Positions 14,251 to 26,400 of a stretch of 64,000 nt of DNA are shown here, piece after piece. How positions within the stretch are numbered: position 1 is the stretch's first letter; each line of letters begins with the position of its first letter. Origin of the DNA: Felis catus (taxonomy: Eukaryota); the NCBI RefSeq assembly GCF_018350175.1, contig NC_058368.1, positions 84,756,001-84,820,000 of the forward strand. Reading direction: 5' to 3'. A program made the position numbers and the translations under genes. The notes beneath the pieces were generated by a model. It searched no databases, was not told the origin of the DNA, and worked only from the letters and a program-made list of their open reading frames with translations.

Positions 14251-15506
14251 ATTTCATCATTTTAATTACTATCTTTAACAAAAGCTTGTCTCTTAACAAC
14301 AAATTCTTTAATCTTTCTTCCTTATCAAATTTTAAAAAGTAATGTCAGAATCAGATAAATCTACTCTTTAATGTATTTTAAATAGTCATCCCTTTCCAGG
14401 ATCATTTATGTACATTTTACTTTTCCTTGTAAATGATTCTCTCTTATTTTAATGAATCATGACTTTCCGAAAGGGCAAAGGAAATTATATTTAAGTTCTA
14501 GAGATATCTAAAATCTGTAACAATTAAATACCATTGTCATGGAAAGAGTCAGACTTATGCAGCATTGGCATATTAATAAGAAGGTATTTTTAGAAAAGAT
14601 GTCAAGAGGACGATCCCCTTAATAGGTCACAGTAGACACTGATATGAGCAAGTTTGATGTGGCCAGACTAGAAGAGGTATTTAGGGTGATGCTGCTCAAA
14701 GAGGATGCAGATGCAGCCTACTGGGAGTCATAATTTTATGTGAGTAGATCACACTAATCTCTTAATATTTAGTATTTTTAATGGATTTTGCACTCCAGAA
14801 AACTATAGTAATACTATATCCTCTGTACAGTTTTACATATAAAATCCATTGTTATCTAACCTACGATCCAAAGAACTAAAATTAATGCTAGCTTAGTAAG
14901 ATTAAAACTCTTGTACTAACCTGTCAATTCAGTCAAATAAATGATTTAGCTGTTACTATTTTATTTTGTACAGAAAGAATTGATTGATCTCAGTATCCTG
15001 GGGAAGAAGAGTCATACTTTTAATAGTAAGTGATGGCAACGGGGATCAGAAAAATACAGAAGGGAAAATTCTAGATAACCTCCTAAATATTCTGATTATT
15101 TTATGAGAGAAAAGAGAAGATGTATTTGTGCCTTCTAATAGTATTACAAAAGAGATGAGTTTGTGGTTTAAAGTAATGATATCACAATTTTACCACCATT
15201 CTAAGTGAAATATTAGGGAAACAGATAAAAAGACCAAAAACCTCTAATATTATCAAGCCATATATCAAAGGTGAAAAAAAAGTGTTTATTTTTCACAGTA
15301 TTAAATTTTCATATTGCCACACTAGTCAATGTTGAGTTTTCATCATTCTATTAAATACCATTGTAGATATCTTACTTGCAAGCTAAGTTAATTCCTCATA
15401 TAAGTTTCCACTGCACTTTATATCCATAGTGAATTTTCTTAGAAATTATTCTTTATAATCTTATGTGTGTAAATATATAAACATTCCAATTAATGGCAAA
15501 TAGTCT

Positions 15507-15528
15507 TATTTGTGTGTGTGTATGAGAC

Positions 15529-15559
<31 letters not shown>

Positions 15560-15701
15560 AGAGTAGCGGAAGGGCAGAGAGAGGGGAGGATGGAGGATCC
15601 AAAGCAGGCTTTGCAGTGATGGCAGAGAGCCTGATGCAGGGCTGGAACTCATGAACTGTGACATCATGACATCATAACTGACTGAGACACCTAAGCACCC
15701 C
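15507..15701 (-). mobile_element. CanSINE, diverged
   Basis: (GA)n body, gggctggaactcatgaactgtga, and a gcacccc end. Confidence 0.85.
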
Positions 15702-15948
15702 AGATAAGATTTTTAATTAAACATATAAATAAATATCATCACATCTTAGGAAAATATAAATACTTCTATTCATTGTATTTAATTGACATGTTTAGTTGAT
15801 TTTTACATTAAGTAATCTAAACACTATGAGCGTTGTAAGTAGTCAATAGGATTATGACAATTGTTTTTTATATATTTATTTCACCAGAAAGAAAGTGTAT
15901 AGCTATCACTTATATCCTTTGAAAAACAAAGACTTAATTATTTCACAT

Positions 15949-16141
15949 TTTTTAATGTTCATTTTTGAGAGAAAGAAAGAGCATATGCATGATAGCAGAA
16001 GAGGAGCAGATTGAGGGAGCACTGTCTGTGCTGACAGTGCAGAGCCGGATGCAAGACTTGATCTCACAGACAATGAGATCATGACCTGAGATGAAATCAA
16101 GAATAAGATGCTTAACTTACTGAACCGCCCCCAGGTGCCCC
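15949..16141 (-). mobile_element. CanSINE
   Basis: caggtgcccc end; TSD atttcacattt. Confidence 0.88.
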
Positions 16142-16313
16142 ATTTCACATTTAAAGATACACTTAACCACAAGTAGAAACATGATGATAAGAAATGCATT
16201 TTTTAACCTAGAAAACTGTGATTATTCTCATGTAAACTGTAATTATTCTCTAAAAATGCATACACTTATCTTTCATGATGCAAGCAAAATTTAGTGCAAA
16301 TTACTATATTTTT

Positions 16314-16318
<5 letters not shown>

Positions 16319-16354
<36 letters not shown>
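16319..16354. repeat. (TA)n microsatellite
   Basis: Perfect dinucleotide run. Confidence 0.95.
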
Positions 16355-16356
<2 letters not shown>

Positions 16357-16429
16357 AATCAAAATAACCAATAATGAGCATCTGTAACTCAAAATCCCAT
16401 TAAATAGTTACTTAAGTATATGACTGGAG

Positions 16430-16626
16430 TGGAAAAAACACAAATGTCCATAGACATTTATTGATATGAGTTTATAAGTAAAATGTAGTTTAGGCATGCA
16501 TACAAAGTAATATTATTCAGCCTCAAAATGGAAGAGTATTCTGGCACATTTTACAGCATGGATGAACATTGAGGATTTTATGTTGTATGAAATAAGCCAA
16601 TCTCTCTCTGTCTCTCTGTCTCTCTC

Positions 16627-16669
<43 letters not shown>

Positions 16670-16900
16670 TGCATAGCTCCACTTATCTGAAGTATGTAAG
16701 TTAGTCAAATATATAGAGGCAGAAGATAGAATGGCATTTGCCAGTGGCTGTGAGAATAAGGAAAGGAAGTTATTATATAATGGATACAAGAGTTTCAGTT
16801 TGAGAATATGAAAATTTTCCAGGGGATTAATATTGGTGATGATTATATAACAAAGTGAAAATAATGCCACTCTACTGGCAGTACACTAAAAAATAAGTAA
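16430..16900 (+). mobile_element. Old L1 3' end (L1MB-like) containing a (CT)n(CA)n microsatellite at about 16601-16666
   Basis: caaatgtccat...tattattcagcc...gcatggatgaacattgagga...atagaggcagaagatagaatgg. Confidence 0.72.
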
Positions 16901-17783
16901 GATAGTAGCAAAGAATTAAGAGGCTTGTCCAACACCCTACAGTTACTAAGATGCCTACTGCTTTTCAAATAGTTTTAATGTTCTGTCAATCTTCAACAAT
17001 AGGAGGATGGAAAATAATAACCTACACGTCAAATAAATTACATAGCAGGATTTTGAAGTTCTTCAGGAAAGTCATACTGAACTCTATATTTACAGATTTC
17101 ATTTAGTTACTAGAGGTACAGACTGCATGTTAGAGTTTCAAGGATGTGGAGATCACAGAATTTTAGCAAATGCAAAATACATTTAACAGGAGGAAATGTA
17201 TTTTCAACATGTCTAATTTTGAAATGATCAACTAAAAATGTCAAGTAGAATACTACCAGTACAGTAATGATGCTCAAGAACTGGAGTTAGAGGCTGAATA
17301 AGCCTTTTGCACTGCCTTTATCCATCCTGAATGGCATTAAATTAAGGGATGCCTGTGTAAAGTGAGGGCAAAGAGAATTGTCCATGGAAGAGGTGGACTC
17401 CTTTTATTATATAATTTCACTGAAGTATACAATATCTTTGAGAAATAATGAGTATCCCCATGTCTGCAGCTATTATTTATTCAACAAGCTAGACAAAATC
17501 AGAGATGAAAAGGCCTTTAAAGATTAGATTCCTTTCTGACTGAAGAGAATTTACCTCTGTGGTTGGGTGAAGAATGAAAAATGTTTACCTCCTCTTCCTT
17601 ACTCAGTAAAGTTGTGTTTCTGTGACTTTGAGGGGAAACAATTTCATTTGATTATACAAAGTATCTTCTTAATTAAAATCTGCATTTAGTATTGCAGTGT
17701 CACATTAAGGGAAATATTCTAAAGCCATTACTGCTAAACTAATTCACTAACAATTCCAAGTTAAGCTATGTTTCTTTCTGCAG

Positions 17784-17814
17784 ACTCAGTATTTTAGTTC
17801 CTAGACCTGAAAAT
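17784..17814 (+). other. Candidate 31-nt 5' non-coding exon of the OR2T-like gene
   Basis: Branch-like cactaac (about 17745), acceptor tttctttctgCAG ending at 17783, and consensus donor GTAAGT at 17815. A downstream acceptor ttcttcatttcCAG ends at 18344, 10 nt before the ATG. Confidence 0.5.
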
Positions 17815-18354
17815 GTAAGTCCTCTTGTTTGGAAAAACCATGGCTTCCATAATTAAATTATATCAATAAAGATGATCTGATTTTAATATGTTTTACATGT
17901 GTAACTCTTATATCAAGGACCTTGATTTTATATATTTAAAAAAAACTGATTTAACTCAGCTCCTAAGAATATTGACTATGCATGATATAAGGCAAAACAC
18001 AAACATAAATTACAAATTATGTAAAAAATATCCTCCTGCTCACATATGTTGCTGCCTGTGGTACAAAGACACACTTCATATTATTGTAATTTACCAAAAA
18101 TTTTTCATTATGTCAATCAATTAATGAATTAATTAATTCATTATGCCAATTAATAAAGGGTACTTATTTTGAAACTTTTAAAGAAAGAAAAAGTGGAAAA
18201 AGTTGAAATTAACTTTATGTCCACGTTAAAATATTTTGAAAATGGCAAATAAAATATTTGAAATAAGTTTTATCATTTTCAGATATGTAATTCAAATGGA
18301 GCACTGCAAATGATGAAAACTGTCATCTATTTCTTCATTTCCAGTTTGAAAATC

Positions 18355-19293
18355 ATGAAAAATGGGAACACCACCTCTGATTTCATTCTCCTAGGACTCT
18401 TTAACCACACAGGAACCCATCTATTTCTCTTTGCAATGGTTCTCACAATTGCCTTCGCCTCCCTAGTGGGAAATGCCCTCATGATTCTCCTGATTCACCA
18501 AGATGCCCGGCTCCACACACCCATGTACTTCCTACTGAGCCAACTCTCCCTCATGGACATGATGCTGGTCTCTACCATTGTGCCCAAAATGGCTACTAAC
18601 TACTTGACTGGAAAGATGTCCATCTCCCCTGCTGAGTGCGGGTTGCAGATATTCTTCCTTCTAACTTTAGGAGGGGGTGAGTGTTTCCTCTTAGCAGCCA
18701 TGTCCTATGACCGGTATGTGGCTGTTTGTCACCCACTGCGATACCCAGCCCTCATGAGCTGGCAATTATGCCTGAGAATGACTGTGGGGTCTTGGGTCCT
18801 GGGGGCAGTTGATGGGCTCATGCAGGCTGCTGCTACCCTGAGTTTTCCATTTTGCGATGCACATGAGATCAATCATTTCTTCTGTGAGGCCCCTACTCTG
18901 GTGGGTTTAGCTTGTGCCGACACGTTTGTCTTTGAGTATGTGATGTACGTATGCTGTGTGTTAATGCTCCTGGTCCCATTTTCTCTCATTCTGATTTCCT
19001 ATAGTCTCATCCTTGCTGCAGTTCTCCAGATGCATTCTAGAGAAGCCCGCAAAAAGCCTTTTGCCACCTGCTCCTCACATCTTTCTGTGGTGGGACTCTT
19101 TTATGGAGCTGCAATTTTTACCTATATGCAACCCAAATCCTACAGGTCAGCTCACCATGATAAAGTAGTGTCAGTGTTCTATACTATCTTCACCCCTGTA
19201 CTCAATCCCCTCATCTACAGTCTGAGAAACAGTGAAGTCAAGGGTGCCTTGAGAAAGTGTATGGGTCAGTGTTCTGCCTTAAGTCAGGGTTAA
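18355..19293 (+). CDS. Olfactory receptor, class II family 2 subfamily T (OR2T8/OR2T12/OR2T33-like), 312 aa, intact single coding exon
   Basis: N-glycosylation site [43 protein letters not shown] and [12 protein letters not shown] are all present. [11 protein letters not shown] and [16 protein letters not shown] are typical of the OR2T8/12/33 group. The start is placed at the Met after the splice acceptor, not at the ORF-track start 18310. Confidence 0.96.
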   Translation: MKNGNTTSDFILLGLFNHTGTHLFLFAMVLTIAFASLVGNALMILLIHQDARLHTPMYFLLSQLSLMDMMLVSTIVPKMATNYLTGKMSISPAECGLQIFFLLTLGGGECFLLAAMSYDRYVAVCHPLRYPALMSWQLCLRMTVGSWVLGAVDGLMQAAATLSFPFCDAHEINHFFCEAPTLVGLACADTFVFEYVMYVCCVLMLLVPFSLILISYSLILAAVLQMHSREARKKPFATCSSHLSVVGLFYGAAIFTYMQPKSYRSAHHDKVVSVFYTIFTPVLNPLIYSLRNSEVKGALRKCMGQCSALSQG

Positions 19294-19523
19294 AATTACA
19301 TAGATTTGCTCTGAATTTAAAGTCTGTATAAAGTGACTGTGTAGGATTTTCTAGAGAAAAGGTATATATGTATTATATCTATATCCATTACTAGTTTAGT
19401 TTGAAATTCTGACAGGCCTTCATAGTTTGGATCTTTTACTATGCTCTCATGAATACATCAAATTGTGGATTGTTAAAAGTCTGTTAATCAAAATCATTAA
19501 AACACTTTTACATCACACCACAC

Positions 19524-19529
19524 AATAAA
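19524..19529 (+). terminator. Candidate polyadenylation signal AATAAA for the OR gene
   Basis: AATAAA about 230 nt after the stop codon. An ATTAAA also lies just upstream, near 19496. Confidence 0.4.
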
Positions 19530-19584
19530 TATTTGTTCAAAGAATGAGCCAAGTAGTCAAACAATTTTCAACATTAGTTGTTAA

Positions 19585-20500
19585 TTTGTTTTTAATTGTG
19601 GTATAACTTACAAACACTAGAATGCTCACATCTGAAGCTTGCTATTCACCCAGTGTCAACAACTTGGATTTAGCCCACTAGTAAAAGGCAATTCTGACCA
19701 GATCAGAATTTTTTTTCACGCACTTTTCCAGTAAAATCACTCAACCCAGATACAACAATTAGTCACACTTGTATCTCTGTCCTATAATTTGGTCTGTTCT
19801 AGAATTTTGCTTCAATGAAAACATAAAATAGGTATTTTTTAATAACTTGGTTATTTTAATTTTTATTGATTTAGTATGTTTTTAAAGATTCTACCACACT
19901 TTTACATCTATCAGCAGTTTTTTCTTCTTTATTTTTGTTGTTGTTCCTAAATAATATGCCCATCTCTGAATCTACTGCTTTTTGTTTATCTACTACTTTG
20001 ATGGATATGTGAGCTATTTTCAATCTGGAACTATTTTGATTAAAATAACTTTAACTTCCTTTTTGTGATCACATGTGTTTATTTCACTTGGTAGATGCAT
20101 GACTAAAATTTTAGTATGAAATGCAACAAAATGTTTGCTCAATTTTACATGCTCAGCCGCAAATCACAAGAATGCCACTTTCTCCAATTGGTACCAATTG
20201 TGGGTACCGTCAACCATTTTCATTTTCGCTATTCTAGCATGGATAGACTAACTCATTTTGGTTTCAATTTACATTTTTCTAATTATTAATGTTCCTGAGG
20301 ATTTGCGTATTAACTCACGGCCCATATGTGCATCTTTCTTTGTGAACTATCAATTTTCATATGGGGAAAAAACATAATATACAGAATATGATGTTAATAA
20401 GATTATTTGGAAATTTTTAAATAAAATTACATTTGGTTTACTTGCTATGTTTTTCTGGAAAACTGCTTTTATTCCATTTTCAAAGATTATTTTCATTAAA
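19585..20500 (-). mobile_element. Ancient L1M 3' fragments
   Basis: tttttaattgtggtataacttaca..., ttgatggatatgtgagctattttcaatctgg and cattttcgctattctagc resemble the antisense L1MC/ME 3' region. Confidence 0.55.
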
Positions 20501-20596
20501 ATTGATACTTTTGTAAAACATCTCTTCCTCAATATCCATTGGGCTTGGATTAAAAGTTTATATGTTTATTTGCTTTGATTATGCATCATAATATAT

Positions 20597-20825
20597 TTCT
20601 TTTTTTTTAAAGATTTTTTTTTCAATGTTTATTTATTTTTTGGACAGAGAGAGACAGAGCATGAATGGGGGAGGGGCAGAGAGAGAGGGAGACACAGAAT
20701 CAGAAACAGGCTCCAGGCTCTGAGCCATCAGCCCAGAGCCTGACGCAGGGCTCGAACTCATGGACCGTGAGATCGTGACCTGGCTGAAGTCGGACGCTTA
20801 ACCGACTGCGCCACCCAGGCGCCCC
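20597..20825 (-). mobile_element. Young felid CanSINE
   Basis: Near-consensus and CpG-rich; TSD attatgcatcata. Confidence 0.96.
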
Positions 20826-21018
20826 AATTATGCATCATATTTCAATTACATTGGTGTTATCATGTCTTGAAAATCTGCTACATTCTTCCCTAGTAAGTAC
20901 TTTTTGCCTAAAGAGCAAGGATAAAAAAATAGGTTACAGAACATAGGGTTCTAGTATTTTTTTCAGTGTATATTTCTAAACTTGTACCGGTAAATCATTA
21001 TATACTTATAAGCCAAGA

Positions 21019-21106
21019 AATATATATATGCATATGTATACGTACATACATACATATGTATGCATATACATATACATATGTATACATACACATATATATA
21101 TATACA
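21019..21106. repeat. Compound (TA)/(TACA) microsatellite
   Basis: Low-complexity alternating purine-pyrimidine tract. Confidence 0.85.
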
Positions 21107-21614
21107 TCTGCAGCCAAGAAATTTGGCATCTTTAGGGAGGTTGTTGTTTTCGCAAAGAAAATACTTATAAATATATATTTATTAATACAACTATATATTT
21201 TAAAATTTATATTTATGTCCTCTGCAAAGAACTAACAACAAAATAAGAAATGTAATTTAATACAATAGTTTAAAATATGAACTTTAGAAATTAGGGTTTT
21301 TTTTTCACTTTGTTATTTTGCTTAATTTTAACCTGCCTTTCAGAACTTTTTTGATGACATTTTAATCAAAATTGTATTCTCTATCTCACATAAATGAGAA
21401 AGAGGAATAATAAAGTTAAAATAATATCAGAGATACTGGAAAGATCCAGTTTTACAGGCTTCTGCAGTATTTTTGAAACGGCACCTACAGATGTTAGAAG
21501 GGCTAGTTGAGGAATTTTTTCTGAAACCTGAATGTCATGGTTCAACTTTTCTAATTGAGGTCAAAAATTTATTGTATTTTAAACCTTGTTTGTTCCTCTA
21601 CACATGGCCATACT

Positions 21615-21615
<1 letters not shown>

Positions 21616-21687
<72 letters not shown>

Positions 21688-21857
21688 CCAGAGCCTGAGT
21701 AGGGGAGGAGCAGAGAGAGAGGGAGACACAATCCAAAACAGGCTCCAGGCTCTGAGCTGTCAGCACAGAGCCCAATGCGGGGCTCGAACTCACAAACTGT
21801 GAGATCATGACCTGAGCCGAAGTCGGACGCTCAACCGACTGACCCACCCAGGTGCCC
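21616..21857 (-). mobile_element. CanSINE whose tail is an (AAC)n trinucleotide repeat
   Basis: (GTT)n of about 12 units precedes the body; imperfect TSD ggccata(c/a)tttg. Confidence 0.93.
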
Positions 21858-21926
21858 AGGCCATAATTTGACCAAAGGGGAATTTCATTATTTTATTTCT
21901 ATAGTCACTTTAAGAAGCATAAAGTG

Positions 21927-22048
21927 AGGGGCGTCATTGCCTGGAACCTGCTTTGAATTCTGTTTCTCCTTTTCTCTGCTCCTCCTCCTCTCATGCTCTA
22001 TTTCTCTTTCAAAAATAAATAAGTAAACATTAAAAATTAAAAAAAAAA
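21927..22048 (+). mobile_element. Internally deleted CanSINE
   Basis: The ggggcg start is joined directly to gcctggaacctgctt...aaaataaataa and the tail. Confidence 0.7.
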
Positions 22049-22460
22049 CATAAGATGAATTAGTTAAACCTTCATTGAGGGGAGTAAAAATAGTTTAACA
22101 CCATAAAATAACTATAAATAACAACAGTAAGAATAAACACAAAATGTTTTTTGTTCATTAAATAGTTTATGCATTTTGCTTAATATTTCACCTTCATTTT
22201 TTTTATTTTAATGATCGCCATAATCTGAGGACGTACACTCAATATTCTCATTTTTGAAAAGGGGAGGTAGTAAGTGTATTGGGATAAAATTCATGGTTGA
22301 TTTTCACACAGGTCTGAATTCGGTTGTCTAATTTTGAACAACTCACAGTTAGGAAAGGGAAGTTGTGACAGTAGGGCTGGCTATCCCCTCATACACACAC
22401 AACACAATCCCATGTGACTTTTTTTATATTTCTATTTTTTTTAATATTAAATTTATTTTC

Positions 22461-22684
22461 TTTTTTTTAATTTTTTTTCCCAACGTTTATTTATTTTTGG
22501 GACAGAGAGAGACAGAGCATGAACGGGGGAGGGGCAGAGAGAGAGGGAGACACAGAATCGGAAACAGGCTCCAGGCTCTGAGCCATCAGCCCAGAGCCCG
22601 ACGCGGGGCTCGAACTCACGGACCGCGAGATCGTGACCTGGCTGAAGTCGGACGCTTAACCGACTGCGCCACCCAGGCGCCCCT
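22461..22684 (-). mobile_element. Young felid CanSINE in the L1 3' end
   Basis: CpG-intact consensus; TSD ttaaatttattttc. Confidence 0.96.
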
Positions 22685-23220
22685 TAAATTTATTTTCAAA
22701 TTGGTTTCCATACAACACCCAGTGCTCATCCTAACAGGTGCCCTCCTCAGTGCCCATCACCCACCCTCCCTTCCCTCCCATCCCCCACCAACCCTCAGTT
22801 TATTCTCAGTTTTTAAGGGTCTCTTATGGTTTGGCTCTCTCCCTCTCTAACATTTTTTTTTTCCTCCCCCTCCCCATGGTCTTCTGTTATGTTTCTCAGG
22901 ATCCACATAAGAGTGAAAACATATGGTATCCGTCTTTCTCTGTATGACTTATGTCACTTAACATAACACTCTCCAATTCCATCCAACATATTTAATTCTT
23001 TCTCATTGCCAAGTAGTATTCCATTGTATATACAAACCACAATTTCCTTATCCATTCATCAGTTGATGGACATTTAGGCTCTTTCCATAATTTGGCTATT
23101 GTTGAGAGTGCTGCTATAAACATCGGGGTACAAGTCCCCCTATGCATCAGCACTCTTGAATCCATTGGGTAAATTCCTAGCAGTGCCATTGCTGGGTCAT
23201 GGGGCAGATTTATTTTTAAT

Positions 23221-23429
23221 TTTTTAAATGTTTATTTATATTTGAGAGAGACATAGACAGAATGAGACTGGGTTAGGGTCAGAGAGAGAGGGAGACACAG
23301 AAGCAGAATCAGGCTCCAGGCTCTGAGCTTCCAGCACAGAGCCTGATGTGGGGCTCGAACTCACGAGCTGTGAGATCATAACCCGAGCTGAGGTTGGATG
23401 CTCGCCTAACTGAGCCACCCTGGAGCCCC
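23221..23429 (-). mobile_element. CanSINE in L1 ORF2
   Basis: Full body; imperfect TSD ta(t/a)ttttaatttttt. Confidence 0.92.
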
Positions 23430-26400
23430 TAATTTTAATTTTTTTGAGAAACCTGCACTCTGTTTTCCAGACCAGCTGCCCAGTTTGCTTTCCTGCCAAC
23501 AGTGAAAGAGGGTTCCCATTTCTCCATATCCTCACCAGCATCTATAGTCTCCTGATTTGTTCCTTTTAGCCACTCTGATTGGCATGAGGTGGAATCTGAG
23601 TGTGGTTTTGATTTGTATTTCCCTTATGAGAAGCAACATTTTGCATCTTTTCATGTGCCTGTTGGCCATCTGGATGTCTTCTTTAGAGAAGTTTCTATTC
23701 ATGTTTTCTTCCCATTTCTTCAGTGGATTATTTGTTTTTGGGGTGTGGAGTTTGGTGAGTTCTTTATACATTTTGGATACTAGCCCTTTGTCTGATATGT
23801 CATTTGCAAATATCTTTACCCATTCTGTAGGTTGCCTTCTAGTTTTGTTGATTGTTTCCTTTGCAGTGCAGCAGCTTTTTATCTTCATGAGGTTCCAATA
23901 GTTCATTTTTGCTTCTAATGCCTTTGCTTCCCTTGCCTTTGAAGATGTGTCAAGTAAGAAATTGCTGAGACTGAGGTCAGAGAGGTTTTTTTCCTGCATT
24001 CTCCTCTAGGGTTTGATTGTTTCCTGTCTCACATTCAGGTCCTTTACCCGTTTTGAGTTTATTTTTGTGAATGGTGTAAGAAAGTGGTCTAGTTTCAACC
24101 TTCTGCATGCTGCTGTCCAGTTCTCCCAGCACCAATTGTTAATGACACTGTCAATTTTGCATGAGATATTCTTTCCTGCTTTGTCAAAGATTAGGTGGCC
24201 ATATTTTTGTGGGTCCAATTCTGGAGTCTCTATTCTATTCCATTGGTCGATGTGTCTGTTTCTGTGCCAATACCATGTTGTCTTGATGATTACAGCTTTG
24301 TAGGAGAGGCTAAAGTGTGGGATTGTGATGCCTCCCGCTTTGGTCTTCTTCAAAATTACTACACAGGGCTACACAGGGTATTTTGTGGTTCCAAACATAT
24401 TGTAGGATTGCTTATTCTAGCTTTGAGACGAATGAAGGCACAGTTTTGATTGAGACTGCATTGAATGTGTAGATAGCTTTAAGTAGTATTGACATTTTAA
24501 TAACATTTATTCTTCCAATCAATTAGTGTTTAGGAATTTGTCCATTTCTTCTAGGTTGTCCAGGGTGTTGGCATATAAATTTTCATCGTATTCCCTGATA
24601 ATTGCTTGTATTTATGAGGGATTGGTTGTAATAATTCCACTTCCATTCATGATTTTATCTATTTGGGTCATCTCCCTTTTCTATTTGCGAAGCCTTGCTA
24701 AAGGTGTGCCAATTTTGTGTATGTATTCAAAAAAACAACTCTTTGTTTCATTGATCTGCTCTACAGTTTTTTTTAGATTCTATATTGGTTATTTCTGCTA
24801 TGATATTTATTATTTCTCTTCTTCTCCTGGGTTTGGGGTGTCTTTGCTGTTCTGATTCTATTTCCTTCAGGTGTGCTCTTAGATTTTGTATTTGGGATTT
24901 TTCTTGTTTCCTGAGATTGGCCTGGATTGCAATGTATTTTTCTCTCAGGACTGCCTTCACTGCATCCCAAAGCATTTTCATTGTTGTATTTTCAATTTCA
25001 TTTGTTTCCATATATTGTTAAATTTCTTCTCTAATTTCCTGGTTGACCATTCATTCTTTAGTAGGTTGTTCTTTAACCTGCATGCTTTTGGAGATTTTCC
25101 AGGCTTTTTCCTGTGGCTGATTTCTAGTTTCATAGCATTGTGGTCTGAAAGTGTGCATGGTATGATCTCAATTCTTTTATACTTATGAAGGGCTGTTTTG
25201 TGACCCAGTATGTGATCTATCTTGAGAATGTTCCATGTGCACTCGAGAAGAAAGTATATTCTGTTGCTTTGGGATGCAGAGTTCTAAATATATCTGTTAG
25301 GTCCATCTGATCCAATGTATCATTCAGGGCTCTTGTTTCTTTATTGATCCTGTGCTTAGATGATGTATCCATTGTTGTGAGTATTAAAGTCCCCTGAAAT
25401 TATCACATTCTTATCTATAAGGTTGTTCATGTTTTTGATTAATTGTTTTATATATTTGGGGGCTCCTGAATTTGGTGCATAGACATATACAATTGTTAGC
25501 TCTTCCTGATGGATAGACCCTGTAATTGTTATACAATGTCCTTCTTCATCTCTTTTTACAACCTTTAATTTAAAGTCTAGTTTGTCTGATATAAGTATGG
25601 CTACTCCAGCTTTCTTTTGACTTCCAGTAGCATGATAGATAGTTCTCTATCCCCTCAGTTTCTATCTGAAGGTGTCCTCAGGTCTAAAATGAGTCTCTTG
25701 TAGATAGAAGTTAGATGGGTCTTGGTTTTTTTATACATTCTGGTACCATATGTCTTTTGTTTGTAGCATTTACTGCATTTACATTTAATGTTATTATTGA
25801 AATATATGGTTTTAAAGTCATTGTGATATCTGTAGGTATCATTCTTGTAGTGATGTCTCTGGTACTTTGTGGTACTTGCAACATTTCACTCACAAGGTCC
25901 CTCTTAGTACTCTTGTAGGGCTGGTTTAGTGGGATTTCTTGAGTTTTTGTTTGGGAAAACCTTTATCTCTCTTTCTATTCTGAATTACAGACTTGCTGGA
26001 TAAAAGATTCTCATCTGCATATTGTTTTGTTCTTCACATGGAAGATTTTTTGCCATTCCTCTCTGGCCTGCCAAGTTTCAGTAGATAGGTCTGCCACTAC
26101 TTTTATGGGCCTCCCTTTGTAGGTTAGAGCCTGTTTATCCCTAGATGCTTTCAGAATTTTCTCTTTATCCTTGTATTTTTCCAGTTTCACTATGATATGT
26201 CGTGCACAAGATCGATTCAAGTGACGTCTGAAGGGAGTTCTCTGTGCCTCTTGGATTTCAATGCCTTTTTCCTTACCAAGATCAGGGTAGTTCTCAGCTA
26301 TGATTTTTTCAAGTACACCTTCAGACCCTTTCTCTCTTCTTCTTCTGGAATTCCTATGATATAGATATTGTTCAGTTTGATTCCATCACTTAGTTCTCTA

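Noticed and set aside
18310..18354. 327-aa OR with an N-terminal extension as the default model
   Set aside because: The extension overlaps a polypyrimidine tract and AG acceptor, and homologues start at the MxxxNTT position.
22365..22850. Recurring peptides such as GQRETEHERGRGRERG and ARVMISQ...SLEPAS as a gene family
   Set aside because: They are translations of CanSINE copies.
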